From: Candidatus Melainabacteria bacterium 17Bon1m | GTDB taxonomy: Bacteria > Cyanobacteriota > Vampirovibrionia > Obscuribacterales > Obscuribacteraceae | Direction: 5' to 3' | Assembly: GCA_032128875.1 (NCBI GenBank) | Contig: JAVLKG010000018.1 | Location: forward strand, 12,935 to 76,934 | Length of the DNA stretch: 64,000 nucleotides | Shown: positions 28,980 to 39,356 of the stretch, in pieces | Layout of the letters: each line of letters starts with the position of its first letter | Numbering within the stretch: the stretch's first letter is position 1 | Made by a program: the position numbers and the translations under genes | Notes under the pieces: model-generated | The model's input: the letters and a program-made list of their open reading frames with translations, nothing else | Databases searched by the model: none | Told to the model about the DNA's origin: nothing

Positions 28980-30041
28980 ATGGGAGTAGCACACTTCGAA
29001 CAACCACAGCATCCAGAAGCTGTTACAAGCCACGGCGGCAATGGCGGCGGCAGCGGAATGCCGGACATGTCCAGAGATAGAGTTGATAGAAGACCAAATT
29101 CCAATAGTTCTGACAATGTATTGCCTTCTCTCTCGATAGACGGGCTGGACGGTGTGAAAGGACAGAACGTACTGTCAGAGACTAAGTATTCCAATGGACA
29201 AAAAGACTATGAGCTAGGCAACGGCAACCATGTCACTGAGTTTGCTCCCGGTGACCAGGAAGACAGAGTGGCCGAGGTGACTTCCCAGGACGGTCATGTC
29301 CACCAAACAAAGTATCGGGATGGACATGTAGAAAAAAACGATGATCGCCCGATCGATCAATCTTCTGATGAACATGGCGGCGACAATGGTCGGCAAAACA
29401 CTGATCATCGCGGAGATGGTTCGCGCCAAGGCGACCAACAGGCAGACGCTGGAGCGCATAGTCAGTCCGGAGAAGGAGGAGCGGACAACCAGGAGGAAGA
29501 AATCCGTAATCCGGACGGCAGCAAAATACGCAGCGGTCCCGACGGCGTGCGCAAAGAGTTTCCTGATGGCAAAGCCGAAATAACTGCGCCTGACGGCACC
29601 GTTACTATCAGATATCCGGAAGAAACGCACAACAAGGACGGCTCTGTTTCTAAGACTTACCCATATGACGGTCGTAAAGAAACCAGCGGCTATGGAGACG
29701 ATGATCCCAGGGACAGCCAGACAGAGTATCCCAACGGCAGAAAAGAAATTCACTACAAGAACGGCAACTCTGAAATTCAATTCGAGCCCAATAACAAAGA
29801 AGGAAAAGTTTCTGAGGTGACTGTCGACGGCGGCAAGACCGCAATTACTAAGTTCAAGGACGGACATGTCGAGAAGGAAGACGCGAACGGCGATATCACG
29901 AAGAGCTATCCGCCGAAAGATGGCAAGCCTGGCTATAACGTGGTCATCTCAAAAGATGCTCAAGGAAATACGACTGTAACCCGAGAGCCCTATGAAGAGA
30001 TTGCAACCGATCCAAAGAAATACGAAGAGAAAGCATCTTAG
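28980..30041 (+). CDS. Hydrophilic beta-hairpin repeat protein
   Basis: GGAGG RBS; repeated (P/K)DG/NG turns with short strands; no signal peptide. Confidence 0.8.
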   Translation: MGVAHFEQPQHPEAVTSHGGNGGGSGMPDMSRDRVDRRPNSNSSDNVLPSLSIDGLDGVKGQNVLSETKYSNGQKDYELGNGNHVTEFAPGDQEDRVAEVTSQDGHVHQTKYRDGHVEKNDDRPIDQSSDEHGGDNGRQNTDHRGDGSRQGDQQADAGAHSQSGEGGADNQEEEIRNPDGSKIRSGPDGVRKEFPDGKAEITAPDGTVTIRYPEETHNKDGSVSKTYPYDGRKETSGYGDDDPRDSQTEYPNGRKEIHYKNGNSEIQFEPNNKEGKVSEVTVDGGKTAITKFKDGHVEKEDANGDITKSYPPKDGKPGYNVVISKDAQGNTTVTREPYEEIATDPKKYEEKAS

Positions 30042-30075
30042 TTTGACTTGAATTTGACGCAGAGCGACATATAGT
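30042..30075 (+). promoter_or_regulatory. TTTGAY direct-repeat promoter
   Basis: TTTGAC-ttgaa-TTTGAC-N11-TATAGT, starting immediately after the stop codon of 28980. Confidence 0.7.
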
Positions 30076-30080
30076 TGCTC

Positions 30081-30175
30081 TATTGATTGTGAGTCTTTCT
30101 TGAACTTTGTCACCGAATATGGTGTCTAAATTAATGCGGCACGACTGAGTTTTCTCGGTCGTGCTGTTTGTTGTT
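30081..30175 (+). ncRNA. Candidate small RNA
   Basis: Promoter motif upstream; terminator gcggcacgactgag/ctcggtcgtgctgt + T/G tail at 30136-30175; no ORF. Confidence 0.4.
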
Positions 30176-30715
30176 ATGCCACTGAATACGGTGTTGTGAT
30201 TAGCGCTGCTAGCGATTCCGTGCGATGCTCCGAAAGCCCCTAATAAAAGCCATCGAGGTCGCCCATTTGTAGGTGCAATGACCTTGTCGTGTAGTGATTT
30301 ATAGCTGGCGTGGCAATGCCATTGTGTATGGTGTCACTACGTATGTGCTAGCTGAGCAAAATACTCATTGACATAAATTCGAAAAATATTTTCGATGATT
30401 TCGGCGAGATCTTTTCTCGCTATTGTTTGTATGTACCCCTAAAAGCTCGCCAGTTGAGTCTTCCTACGTTTGCGCCTGCCTGATTTGGCGGTTTGTATGC
30501 GCATATTTGTGAGCTTGCATTCATGGGATGCAGATCAATAAGTTGGAATTATCCTTCAACATTTTCTTTACCTGGAGCTTTAAAGCGCAAGCAAACATAG
30601 ACCAATTCCTGACCACGCAATATTGCACGCAGTAGTTTGCTGCATAGGTTCCGACCGCACTTGTAGCGGTTGTATCTTCAACTCTGTTCGGCTTGTTAGA
30701 AACAGGAGAACTCAA

Positions 30716-32290
30716 ATGAACGCAGCTACGCAAATTGTCCGCACCTTGCAAAAGGGTGATGTTCAGACCTTCAAGTTCAAGGAGTATGTACGCTGGGATA
30801 ATCGAACCGGTCAGAAGATTCTCGGAATCAGGGGGGTGCATCCGGCCGCACGCAAGGTGGTTTTCGTCGCCCAGACTGCGACCGTGCAGCCGCGCCATGG
30901 CGACATCCTGCTCTGCAAAGTGATTAAGGATACGGCGCCTGCCGACCCGAAGAGGGGCGCTTTGATTGTTGCTCCTGTCGTCGGTGAAAACAAGGCGAAT
31001 TGCCAGCTTAAAGAGCAGAGAGTTCAAGTTCGGCTTCACTTCGACATCTCTGAGGCCAAGGTCGCCAAAGGCGAGCCGATTGTTCTGGTTGCAGTGAAGA
31101 CCAGATGCGGTGCGAAAGTAACGGCAAGAAGTGATTTCGAGATAAGAGCGAAGTCTGACTTGCCCGCCGACTGGCCTCTCTGGGTCAATCAGAAGATTGA
31201 AGACCATTTGAATCTGATTGCCGTCTCTCGCGCCAATTGGCTCAAGAAGAAGTCCGAGGTCTGCGATTGGTTCGAAGTGAAGAACCTGAGCAACCTTGAC
31301 ACCGGTGAGTTGCTCATTAGAGTCGTCCACAAGAAAAGGGTCGGCTTTGATGAATCAACGAATCTCGAGGTCATTTCCATTCGCTCTCGGGGCGACATTC
31401 CCCTGGAATGGACGGACCAGACCAAGAAGAACGTGCTGGATGCGATCGAGAAGACTGAGGCGGCTTACGCTCAGGCGAAGAAGGTCGAATGGTCGGTGGT
31501 TTGGTCCGGCACTGCGCCGGATCGGTTTCCCCGAGTAATCGGGCGCGAGAAGCGGAGTGGGAAGGTGACCGCTTCTTTCGTCATAACTTCGCCCGACCAG
31601 CTAAACGACGGGCTGTTGGCGTCGGTCAAAAGCATCGCTCAGGCGATGCTTACCAGAGCCGAGGCGATCAATGCCGAAGCTCGCGCCAAGCTCGAACGCA
31701 GGAGGTTGATCGACGAGCTGAAGCATGACGCCGATGGCAAGACGCGCTTCCAGTGGGCTGGGGACTATATGACCGATGGAAGGCTTTGGTTCCCCAGGCG
31801 CAGACCGGAAGGTCTCGAGTGGCGGAAATTCCCTATTGCTGCGGTTCCGGCTGGGTATTGGGAAACCTTCCTCCAGGGGCTGGAAGGAAAGATCATGGAA
31901 GAGCTCCTTGATTATTGCACGCAAGAGAGCTGGCGCCGCCCGCTCGCCGAGCGTGTGAAACTGACAGAACGTCAGGAGGAGATCAAACGCACGATCAAGT
32001 CGGAGATCGAGCGGATGGTCAAAGAAAAGCAGATGTGGCAGGGGGATGGAGTTGACGCTATTGCCGTCGGCAAATGCGTTGTCTTTATTGTCGAGCGCAA
32101 TGGGCAATGTCTCTATGTGGTCGACAATCCCGGTCCCGGTGCCATTTACGTCTTCCGTTCAAAGGAAGGCGCTCACAGGCTGGCGCGCGAGGAAGTAACG
32201 CGTCAGGCTCTGATCAAGAGCGGAGCGATTCGCATTCTTCACATGCCTGGCTGGCAATTGAAGCTTGCAGAAACGATTGCCAGCACTTGA
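30716..32290 (+). CDS. Hypothetical protein
   Basis: ~524 aa ORF, AGGAG RBS; no recognisable motif. Confidence 0.8.
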   Translation: MNAATQIVRTLQKGDVQTFKFKEYVRWDNRTGQKILGIRGVHPAARKVVFVAQTATVQPRHGDILLCKVIKDTAPADPKRGALIVAPVVGENKANCQLKEQRVQVRLHFDISEAKVAKGEPIVLVAVKTRCGAKVTARSDFEIRAKSDLPADWPLWVNQKIEDHLNLIAVSRANWLKKKSEVCDWFEVKNLSNLDTGELLIRVVHKKRVGFDESTNLEVISIRSRGDIPLEWTDQTKKNVLDAIEKTEAAYAQAKKVEWSVVWSGTAPDRFPRVIGREKRSGKVTASFVITSPDQLNDGLLASVKSIAQAMLTRAEAINAEARAKLERRRLIDELKHDADGKTRFQWAGDYMTDGRLWFPRRRPEGLEWRKFPIAAVPAGYWETFLQGLEGKIMEELLDYCTQESWRRPLAERVKLTERQEEIKRTIKSEIERMVKEKQMWQGDGVDAIAVGKCVVFIVERNGQCLYVVDNPGPGAIYVFRSKEGAHRLAREEVTRQALIKSGAIRILHMPGWQLKLAETIAST

Positions 32291-32433
32291 TCCTCGCAGG
32301 CGGCGGGAAGCATTTCCTGCCGCCTCGCCTGTAGTCCCTTGAGAATGCATTTGCTGCAAGGTAATTCGGCCTTGCGGATTTCCAGTAATGTCGGCCGAAC
32401 ACGAGCCACGCTCGCTAAAAAAGGAATAGAAAA

Positions 32434-33402
32434 ATGGACACTAATGCAATCATGATGGCGATCGCCATCCTCCTCTTCGTGCTCTTTCCCATGCTCAGGA
32501 AGGCGCTGGGAGCCGTGAAGGCGAAATTCGAACAGGGCGAGCTCAGCAAGATTCATGAGACTACCGGTTATTCACGCCGAGCACGCAAGATGAAGGGCTC
32601 CGATGGCCGCACCAAGCGCCGGAACCTTTTCAAAAAGGCTACCGAGAAGCCTGCAGCAGTCATCACTTTTGACGGCAACTTACATGCCGAAGGGCACGAT
32701 TTGTTCGGACAGCTTGCCGATGAAGTGGTGGAGAACGTCGACGCTCTTTCGGAAGTCGTCGTTTGCGTCACGTCGCCCGGCGGCAGCGTGCCCCCGTACG
32801 GTCTGATGTATGCTCACATGGAGCGCATGCGTAATGCTGGCGTTTCTGTCACGGCCTGCATCGACCAGTTCGGTGCTTCAGGCGGCTATCTTACTGTTGC
32901 GCCGGCGACGAAGATTGTCGCTGCGCCGCTGGCGATGATAGGCAGCATAGGAGTCGCTGCCCACCTGCTCAACTATAGTCGTTTGCTGGAATGGATAGGC
33001 ATTGATTCGGTGACTCTGGCTGCGGGCAAGCATAAGCGCATGCTCACGGCCACCGACCCCGTCACCGAGGAAGGGCGTGACTTCACCACTAAGAAATTGG
33101 AGGTGATTCACCGCATCTTCATCAATGCGGTGAGAAAATATCGCCCTAACGTCTGCGAGGAGATTTGCGACGGCGATAGCTGGTCGGCGCAAGAAAGCGT
33201 GGAAAAAGGCTTGGGTTTGGTCGACGAGCTGGCTTCCAGCCTCGAGTATCTGTCGGCTCTGAATTACGAGAGGGATCTCGTTTTCCTCTCGGCCAAGAAG
33301 TCCAAATTCGCGACTCCCTTCTTTAATTACACTACCGGCATTGCGATGAACATTGTCGATCGTGTGATTGCCAGGATTTCTGGTCCTAATTTTGGTCTAT
33401 GA
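32434..33402 (+). CDS. sohB: S49 peptidase, SohB-like
   Basis: N-terminal TM, SPGGSVPPYGL, GASGGY catalytic Ser, GSIGV, AGKHKR. Confidence 0.88.
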   Translation: MDTNAIMMAIAILLFVLFPMLRKALGAVKAKFEQGELSKIHETTGYSRRARKMKGSDGRTKRRNLFKKATEKPAAVITFDGNLHAEGHDLFGQLADEVVENVDALSEVVVCVTSPGGSVPPYGLMYAHMERMRNAGVSVTACIDQFGASGGYLTVAPATKIVAAPLAMIGSIGVAAHLLNYSRLLEWIGIDSVTLAAGKHKRMLTATDPVTEEGRDFTTKKLEVIHRIFINAVRKYRPNVCEEICDGDSWSAQESVEKGLGLVDELASSLEYLSALNYERDLVFLSAKKSKFATPFFNYTTGIAMNIVDRVIARISGPNFGL

Positions 33403-33558
33403 CCAAGCCACTGATGGTAGTGGCACGTACTGCTCGCGCCGACGGACAATCTGCCGGCGCGAGCACAGGTAATCAGTTGTGGAGGTCGTCTGAAATGAGC
33501 TCCACGACTGCCGATATTTGTGAGCCAGTCCCCTGGCTCCTAGAAAGAGGATAAGATT

Positions 33559-34137
33559 ATGGTTATCACCTTCCAAAGCGTCTTCCGCCTGCTGTCTGAG
33601 TGGACGTGGACCGCCATGTCTGTGCTGTTTAGCATTTTCGTTTACGGATGGCTATTCGGCTTCGGTGTCGCTATTCTCATTGTGTATCTCATGGTCGTAC
33701 AAGCGATGGGGCACTATCTGACGGCCAGACGAATGAAGTTGGAGGTAAGACCTCCAGAAATCATGCCCTTCTCTACGCAGATCCGTGTAAAATGCACACC
33801 TGAGTCGGTAGAAAAAGTTGCATGGACGCTGATTGCTGGTCCCATGCTGGGTGGTCTGGCAGCCTTTGCCTTATTGCCGATCTACTTCTGGGTGGGAGAT
33901 AAGATGTGGCTTTGGCTGGCTGCAGTCGGATTCGTCATCAATCTGATGGACTTGCTTCCATTCATCTCGCTCAAAGGCGATCGCCTTGTAAGTATTGTGT
34001 GGAGTAGGTCCGAGGGACCAGCAGAGCACAATTTGAGCGGGCAATGGAAAGTGCTGATCGGTAAAGTACACATCGTTCTCTGTGTGCTTCTAGCCTCGTC
34101 AATGTTTTGGGCGGCCTGGTTGCTGCCTATTCATTGA
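33559..34137 (+). CDS. M50/site-2-protease-like membrane protein, catalytically degenerate
   Basis: QAMGH in place of HExGH; IAGP retained; DLLPFISLKGD in place of NLLPxxPLDGG. Confidence 0.7.
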   Translation: MVITFQSVFRLLSEWTWTAMSVLFSIFVYGWLFGFGVAILIVYLMVVQAMGHYLTARRMKLEVRPPEIMPFSTQIRVKCTPESVEKVAWTLIAGPMLGGLAAFALLPIYFWVGDKMWLWLAAVGFVINLMDLLPFISLKGDRLVSIVWSRSEGPAEHNLSGQWKVLIGKVHIVLCVLLASSMFWAAWLLPIH

Positions 34138-34231
34138 ATAAGAGCCTTGCGAATGAGCAGTAAGAAGGCGGAAGCGCTGCCTTCTTATGTCAATCCAAAT
34201 CAAAATCAAAATCCGAATCGAGGAGTATCAA

Positions 34232-34480
34232 ATGACCAAGACTACTATCATGTCCCCTTCTGCTGCCGCGCAGCTGGCATGCGTCGACGAGCTGGATGCG
34301 GCTCGTATTCGCCTCAACGGCGCTATCTCAAGGAGTGGAGGTCGCGCATTCACATACGCTGCTACTATCTTTCAGTCGAGAGTCGGCGACATTTTGATCA
34401 GCGAACTGCGCAGTGCCGGCTGGAAAGTTCGGTTTGTTCCGGACAGCCGCGACGGGAGTTATTACGAGATCAGCCCCTGA
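34232..34480 (+). CDS. Hypothetical protein
   Basis: GAGGAG RBS; 82 aa. Confidence 0.65.
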   Translation: MTKTTIMSPSAAAQLACVDELDAARIRLNGAISRSGGRAFTYAATIFQSRVGDILISELRSAGWKVRFVPDSRDGSYYEISP

Positions 34481-35065
34481 TGTCGGGCGATTCGCTGCGA
34501 AGCACATTTGAACAAGTGTGTCAGTAGTTCATCTGCATTGGGGAGAGTTCGAACTTTCATGCTCTCCCCAAGAACAAGGACAGTCAGTTTAGGCGCCTGC
34601 TTGTAAGCCTTCTCTAAGAGGACGAGTTCGCTCGCCAGGATAAGCGTCGGCGGTCAAAAGCTCCAGCCCTGGCCGGAGCTTTCACCATTTTTGTTTCGCC
34701 AGTGTTTTATGCCTTCGAGCGTCCCTTATTTTCTCGAGCTTGGTGATACTGTGTGAGATAGTAAGACGTTCTGTAGGGAAAACATTCGACATTGTACTTG
34801 ACGGTGCAATGGTTTCTCTTGTGCTGAGCAAACTGGCAAAGCTGAACATTTTACGCTCTTACAGTCCTCTGATTGAGGAAGGTGCGCCAAAGGCTGCTTC
34901 TCTTGTTGACGCGTAATTCAGTGGTAGATCGCTGGTTTTCTAGTACTATCAGCGGTGGCGAGTTGTTGAATGGAAAGCTTATTGAGACTGGACCTAATTG
35001 GCTGCGCCGCTCGCGCCTTGCCCAGCCGCGACCCGGTGAAATAGTCCTTGGCTGCCAGAGTTAAG

Positions 35066-35126
35066 GAGGCTGAGGCGTATCCACCGCCTCAGCCTCGCCG
35101 GGCCGTTTTCGTTTTGGTTTCTTTTG
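35066..35126. terminator. Terminator hairpin at the 3' end of 35128-35979
   Basis: gaggctgaggcg/cgcctcagcctc stem; T-rich tract follows on the plus strand. Confidence 0.65.
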
Positions 35127-35127
35127 C

Positions 35128-35979
35128 CTATTCAAGTCTGATTCGGCTTATCAGGGAATCTCTGGGTACAACATAACCTTCACCTATTTGCGCGCGATAC
35201 AGTGTTGAGCCCAAACCTATTTCGGAATAAGGTCCGATGAATGATTTGTTTGCCGTAACGTTTGCTTCGATTTTGGCGTGATGAGCGACTTTCGTTCGAC
35301 CAGTAAGTGTGACGAACGAATTCAAGGTCGAATCCGTTCCGACAATCACATGGTGGCCGATCCGCGAACTTGGACCTACTGTTGAACCTCTTGCGATGTG
35401 TGCTCTCGAGCCAATTTCGACATCGTTGAAAACCTTCGCTTTCGTGCCAATTCTTACTTCGTCGGAAATTAGTGTGCGGTCTGCAATAAAAACTCTGGAG
35501 CCGACTGAGACACCTTTGCCTATTTGAACTTTGTCGCCAATTAGATTGTTTGCCTGCAGGGTAGTTTGCTCACCAATTGCGACATCATGACCAATCGTGG
35601 TTCCTTCGCCGATTCGTACCCCAGCCTCAGCCCTGAAATTGGAAACCCCCGAACCTATTTTTACGGGTGCCAGCTCGGTACCGGCAATCTTCGAAGGTCC
35701 GTTGATTTCAAAGCCAGAACCAATCATGGCATTGTTTATTTCAATGCCACCACCTTTCAGTTTTCCCGATTCGAGAATAGAATTTGTGACTTTGGGAATT
35801 TCATCAAACTCTATATATGCGCCCGTCTGGTTCATTGCGATTGCCTTTATTTGCCCAGCCAGGCTGTCGAGTTTCGCAATCAATGTTGGAGATATTTCCT
35901 CTATGAGGCGAGTGGCTGCGGCCGCTTCGCCGGCGGTGGCTTTGATGACTGTGTGAGGTAACTCTAAAGGAATGGGCAT
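35128..35979 (-). CDS. Left-handed beta-helix (hexapeptide repeat) protein
   Basis: Continuous [IV]GxxxX repeats (VRIGEG, TTIGHD, VAIGEQ...). Confidence 0.88.
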   Translation of the reverse strand: MPIPLELPHTVIKATAGEAAAATRLIEEISPTLIAKLDSLAGQIKAIAMNQTGAYIEFDEIPKVTNSILESGKLKGGGIEINNAMIGSGFEINGPSKIAGTELAPVKIGSGVSNFRAEAGVRIGEGTTIGHDVAIGEQTTLQANNLIGDKVQIGKGVSVGSRVFIADRTLISDEVRIGTKAKVFNDVEIGSRAHIARGSTVGPSSRIGHHVIVGTDSTLNSFVTLTGRTKVAHHAKIEANVTANKSFIGPYSEIGLGSTLYRAQIGEGYVVPRDSLISRIRLE

Positions 35980-36064
35980 TTCAATGTGTCCTCTTTTTAA
36001 CAGCTGCCGGCCTGCGCTTTAGCCGGTGAAATTAGTGGCGATTTGAAAAATCACCGTACGCTAT

Positions 36065-36098
36065 ATATAAGTCGTTTGATCATCAAATGAGTGTAAAA
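36065..36098 (-). promoter_or_regulatory. Degenerate TTTGAY direct-repeat promoter
   Basis: Minus strand TTTTAC-actca-TTTGAT-N11-TTATAT upstream of the beta-helix gene. Confidence 0.45.
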
Positions 36099-36345
36099 TT
36101 TCCTTGCCTCTTCCTGCGTACTTTCCGCATGTACAGCGTGTTTTCCGCTAATTGGTTTGACGCAAATATGATGGCGGTCATTCCATGATTGCGCAAACGA
36201 AGTTACATGCGAAGATAGAACGATGTTCCAATTGTTCAGTCTGGTTATCGCGACTGTAGTGGCATCTCTAATAGTCTTTGGTCGAAGAGTACTTTTATAG
36301 AAAATTGTGATTCGAAGCCGGTAGAAGTTTCTTGGCACTAATCCA

Positions 36346-36379
36346 TTTGACTCTAATTTGACGTTGTCGATGTTTCAAT
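36346..36379 (+). promoter_or_regulatory. TTTGAY direct-repeat promoter
   Basis: TTTGAC-tctaa-TTTGAC-N11-TTCAAT upstream of ORF 36473. Confidence 0.7.
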
Positions 36380-36472
36380 GCTGGCAGTCCGAACCCCCGC
36401 CAACATCAAAGGTTTGCCGTATCCAATCTGATTTGCGGTATGGACATATCCTTCGATTCTTGAGGTTATCTT

Positions 36473-36742
36473 ATGTCACTTCATCTCGATACCCCGGAAA
36501 GACTTTCTCAATCCTCTTCGTTCGCAGAAGCGGCTCATGCTGCAAGAAGTGCTCTTTCGGAAGAGTTCTTTCATCACGCCATCGGCGCCGGTGCAGAAAG
36601 AACTCGCGTTGCTCAAGCGGAGGAGCCGGGTGTCATACATCTGCCGGCGCCCGAACCGGCGCCTGAGGTATACCATGGGGTCAAGGATGGGAAACCCTTT
36701 ACCGTAACGATCGAGCCCTGGGACCCTCAGGCGGAGAAGTGA
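36473..36742 (+). CDS. Small hypothetical protein
   Basis: GAGG RBS; 89 aa; bracketed by promoter motifs. Confidence 0.65.
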   Translation: MSLHLDTPERLSQSSSFAEAAHAARSALSEEFFHHAIGAGAERTRVAQAEEPGVIHLPAPEPAPEVYHGVKDGKPFTVTIEPWDPQAEK

Positions 36743-36762
36743 TAGTTTATGCCCGCCGAAAA

Positions 36763-36796
36763 TTTGATGAGTTTTTGATACTGGCACACTTATGTT
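36763..36796 (+). promoter_or_regulatory. TTTGAY direct-repeat promoter
   Basis: TTTGAT-gagtt-TTTGAT-N11-TATGTT. Confidence 0.65.
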
Positions 36797-36801
36797 GAAA
36801 G

Positions 36802-36896
36802 AGCACCAAACGTTTGTGCTTGCCAGGCATAGACAATCGCATTGACAATTTGCCAGGGAGAAGATCGAGACTCTGATCTCGATCTTCTCCTTTTGG
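36802..36896 (+). ncRNA. Candidate small RNA
   Basis: Promoter motif upstream; 14-bp stem ggagaagatcgaga/tctcgatcttctcc + TTTT at 36857-36894. Confidence 0.4.
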
Positions 36897-37484
36897 TTGG
36901 TATTGTATATGGTGCTGTGATTGGCGTGGTTCGCGCGAGCTGGCTTCGTTAGCAAAGCCTTTTAAACAGTAGCTTTTCTCTTCGTTTGGTGACGGAGTGG
37001 ATGTTATTCTCTAGGGCTTGGAATGCTGGCACCGCTGTGCCATTGTTGGTGGTGTCAAACGACATTCGCTAGCGTGGCCACCCTGATTGTAGCTGTCCTG
37101 GTTTGTTTTAATTTCCGCTCGCATCAGAGCAATGCCCTTCAGCCTCGCCCAAAAGGCTGCCTCTTAAGTACTTTTGAGATTGCTCTGGGTTTCTTCTTCA
37201 GCGCTATTTCTTAGATTTGACGATTTGCATTTCTGATGGCAGCTCATTTAGGTTCAGGTTATTGATCATTTCCTTTTCCGCTTCGCCATTTAAATAACTC
37301 AAGAGATTGTCGATTCCACGAAGACCGGCTTAAGCACAGCAAAATTGCTGTGCCTGGTTAATTCCAATTTGATTTTCCACCTGTTGCAGTTTTGCTATCG
37401 GTAACTGCACACAGGATCAAGGCTGGTCTAGCTAAAACCAAAAGCGAGAGCAATGTGCTCTTGCGCAAACGAAAGGGAAACAAC

Positions 37485-38129
37485 ATGCAAAGACCAATTT
37501 TCCCCTGGGCGGTGGCACTGGCAGGACTTGTTTCTGCATTGCTGTTGCCTTTTGCGGATGTCTATCCGCTCGTGCCTGCTTATGTAAGTCAGGCATTTGC
37601 CACAGAGCATCGGTATATCCCCGAGGCTGTAGGCATGTTTTTCGCATACATGTTTCAGCATGAGAACACGAACTTGCACTGGGTAATGAACTTCATCTTC
37701 CTTTTCTGGTTCGGCACAGTCCTCGAGAATGCGATTGGTCATCTTCGCATGCTTGCATTTATTCTCGGGACGGGCGTATTTGCTGGTCTGGCTCACTATT
37801 TTGCCGACCCTGGACTGACCATTCCTGTTGTCGGCCTGTCGGGGGTGATCATTGCGGTAATCGCCGTGCTCACTGTTGCTACTCCGCGCTTTGCTCTGGT
37901 GAGTGTTCCTTCTACAGAACTTACTATCGTGCGCATGTGGCATTTCGGCTTGCTTGTGCTCGGCACGCAGTTCTATCACTTCTTGCAAATGGCTCCGGGG
38001 GACAAAACTGCTTATTGGATTCATTTCGGCGGCGTTGTCGCCGGACTTGCGCTGTGGTTCTTCTGGCTTCGTCAGCGCATAGACGACTTCAAGCACAGTC
38101 CTGTCGGCGAGCACTTGCTGCAGGGCTGA
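37485..38129 (+). CDS. Rhomboid intramembrane serine protease (S54)
   Basis: HWVMN motif, GLSG catalytic Ser, AYWIHFGG catalytic His; ~6 TMs. Confidence 0.9.
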   Translation: MQRPIFPWAVALAGLVSALLLPFADVYPLVPAYVSQAFATEHRYIPEAVGMFFAYMFQHENTNLHWVMNFIFLFWFGTVLENAIGHLRMLAFILGTGVFAGLAHYFADPGLTIPVVGLSGVIIAVIAVLTVATPRFALVSVPSTELTIVRMWHFGLLVLGTQFYHFLQMAPGDKTAYWIHFGGVVAGLALWFFWLRQRIDDFKHSPVGEHLLQG

Positions 38130-38174
38130 ATATGCACTTTCCCTAAACCTTCCTGAATAGAAGGAGTAAGAAAT

Positions 38175-39356
38175 ATGAATGCGATATCGAATCTTCGGCT
38201 GCGCTCGGCTGGCTCGCTTGCTCTGGCATGTGGTGCCGGTGTGAAAGATGCTTTCGAGCATCCTTTCGGCCAGTTGCTCTTCTACAGCTGGCTTGTGATG
38301 GTGCTGCCGCATGCATATTGGCCGGTGATGGCGGCGATTGTTTTTGCCGTCATGATCCACGAGGTGGGCCACTGGGTGGTGGCAAGAACCTGCGGTTATC
38401 CGATCGATACTTTCTCGATCGGCATTCCGGCTGGACGTGTTCTTGAATTGGGTCGCTTAGGCGGCACGATGATTCAGATTACGCCCTACTGGTTTATGGG
38501 TGGTTACGTTACTTTCGAGCCGACCGCCGCGAGCGTGATGAATACTCCGGTCTGGAAGCGTGCTTGCGTTCTGCTCGCCGGCATCGCCTTCAATCTTCTC
38601 GGGGCTGTTGGTCTCTATTCGGCAAGCGCCTATATCGTCGGTCATGAAGTCTTTCGCGATGTGCCGGTCGTGAGTCGCATCAATCAGACTGGTTATGCCG
38701 ACAAGGCCGGCATGCTTTCCGGTGATACAGTGCTTGCGGTCAACGGGATCGCCACAGGCGGCGCCAGGCAAGTGATCGTTGCGATTGGGCAGCGCACTTC
38801 AGAAGCTGTTCGCTTCGACGTGCTGCGTGCGGGGCGTTCGCTGGAGATAACTGCTCATGCGCCGCTCAGTCAGAGGCTTGGCATTGAGGTTGGTTTTGTC
38901 GAGAGGCATCCGATCGATTTGGCGAGCGCCGTGTCGAGAGGGGCGTCATCCGTCTGGAAAATGCTTTCTATGACAGGACAGCTTATCTGGACGTCCATCG
39001 TCGGAGCCGATGAAGCAGGGACTGCTTCCGGCAAATCGGCGAAGCAAGTTGGTTTTGAGGTCCACGGAGTGGTCGGGTTCATGCAATTCGCTGCCGGGTC
39101 TTTCTCGAAAGGTTGGGCTTCATTCCTGGCGATTGTGGCTGCGTTCAACATCAACTTGGCTATTTTGAACCTGCTGCCGATACCGCTCCTTGACGGCGGT
39201 CATGTCTTCTTTCTTGTGATTGAGAAGTTGCGGGGCCGACCCGTGGCTGTCGAAACGCAGATGAAGATCATGAAAGTCTGCATGTGGGGACTGCTTGCCC
39301 TGGCACTCTTCGGACTGTACAACGACCTTGCTCATCCATTGTCCGGAATTCACTGA
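38175..39356 (+). CDS. rseP: RseP-like site-2 zinc metalloprotease (M50) with PDZ
   Basis: HEVGH, FSIG, GGYV, AGIAFN, PDZ (AGMLSGDTVLAVNG), NLLPIPLLDGG. Confidence 0.9.
   Translation: MNAISNLRLRSAGSLALACGAGVKDAFEHPFGQLLFYSWLVMVLPHAYWPVMAAIVFAVMIHEVGHWVVARTCGYPIDTFSIGIPAGRVLELGRLGGTMIQITPYWFMGGYVTFEPTAASVMNTPVWKRACVLLAGIAFNLLGAVGLYSASAYIVGHEVFRDVPVVSRINQTGYADKAGMLSGDTVLAVNGIATGGARQVIVAIGQRTSEAVRFDVLRAGRSLEITAHAPLSQRLGIEVGFVERHPIDLASAVSRGASSVWKMLSMTGQLIWTSIVGADEAGTASGKSAKQVGFEVHGVVGFMQFAAGSFSKGWASFLAIVAAFNINLAILNLLPIPLLDGGHVFFLVIEKLRGRPVAVETQMKIMKVCMWGLLALALFGLYNDLAHPLSGIH

Noticed and set aside
34194-34220. aatcaa short tandem repeat
   Set aside because: Short low-complexity A-rich tract before an RBS; no evidence of phase variation.
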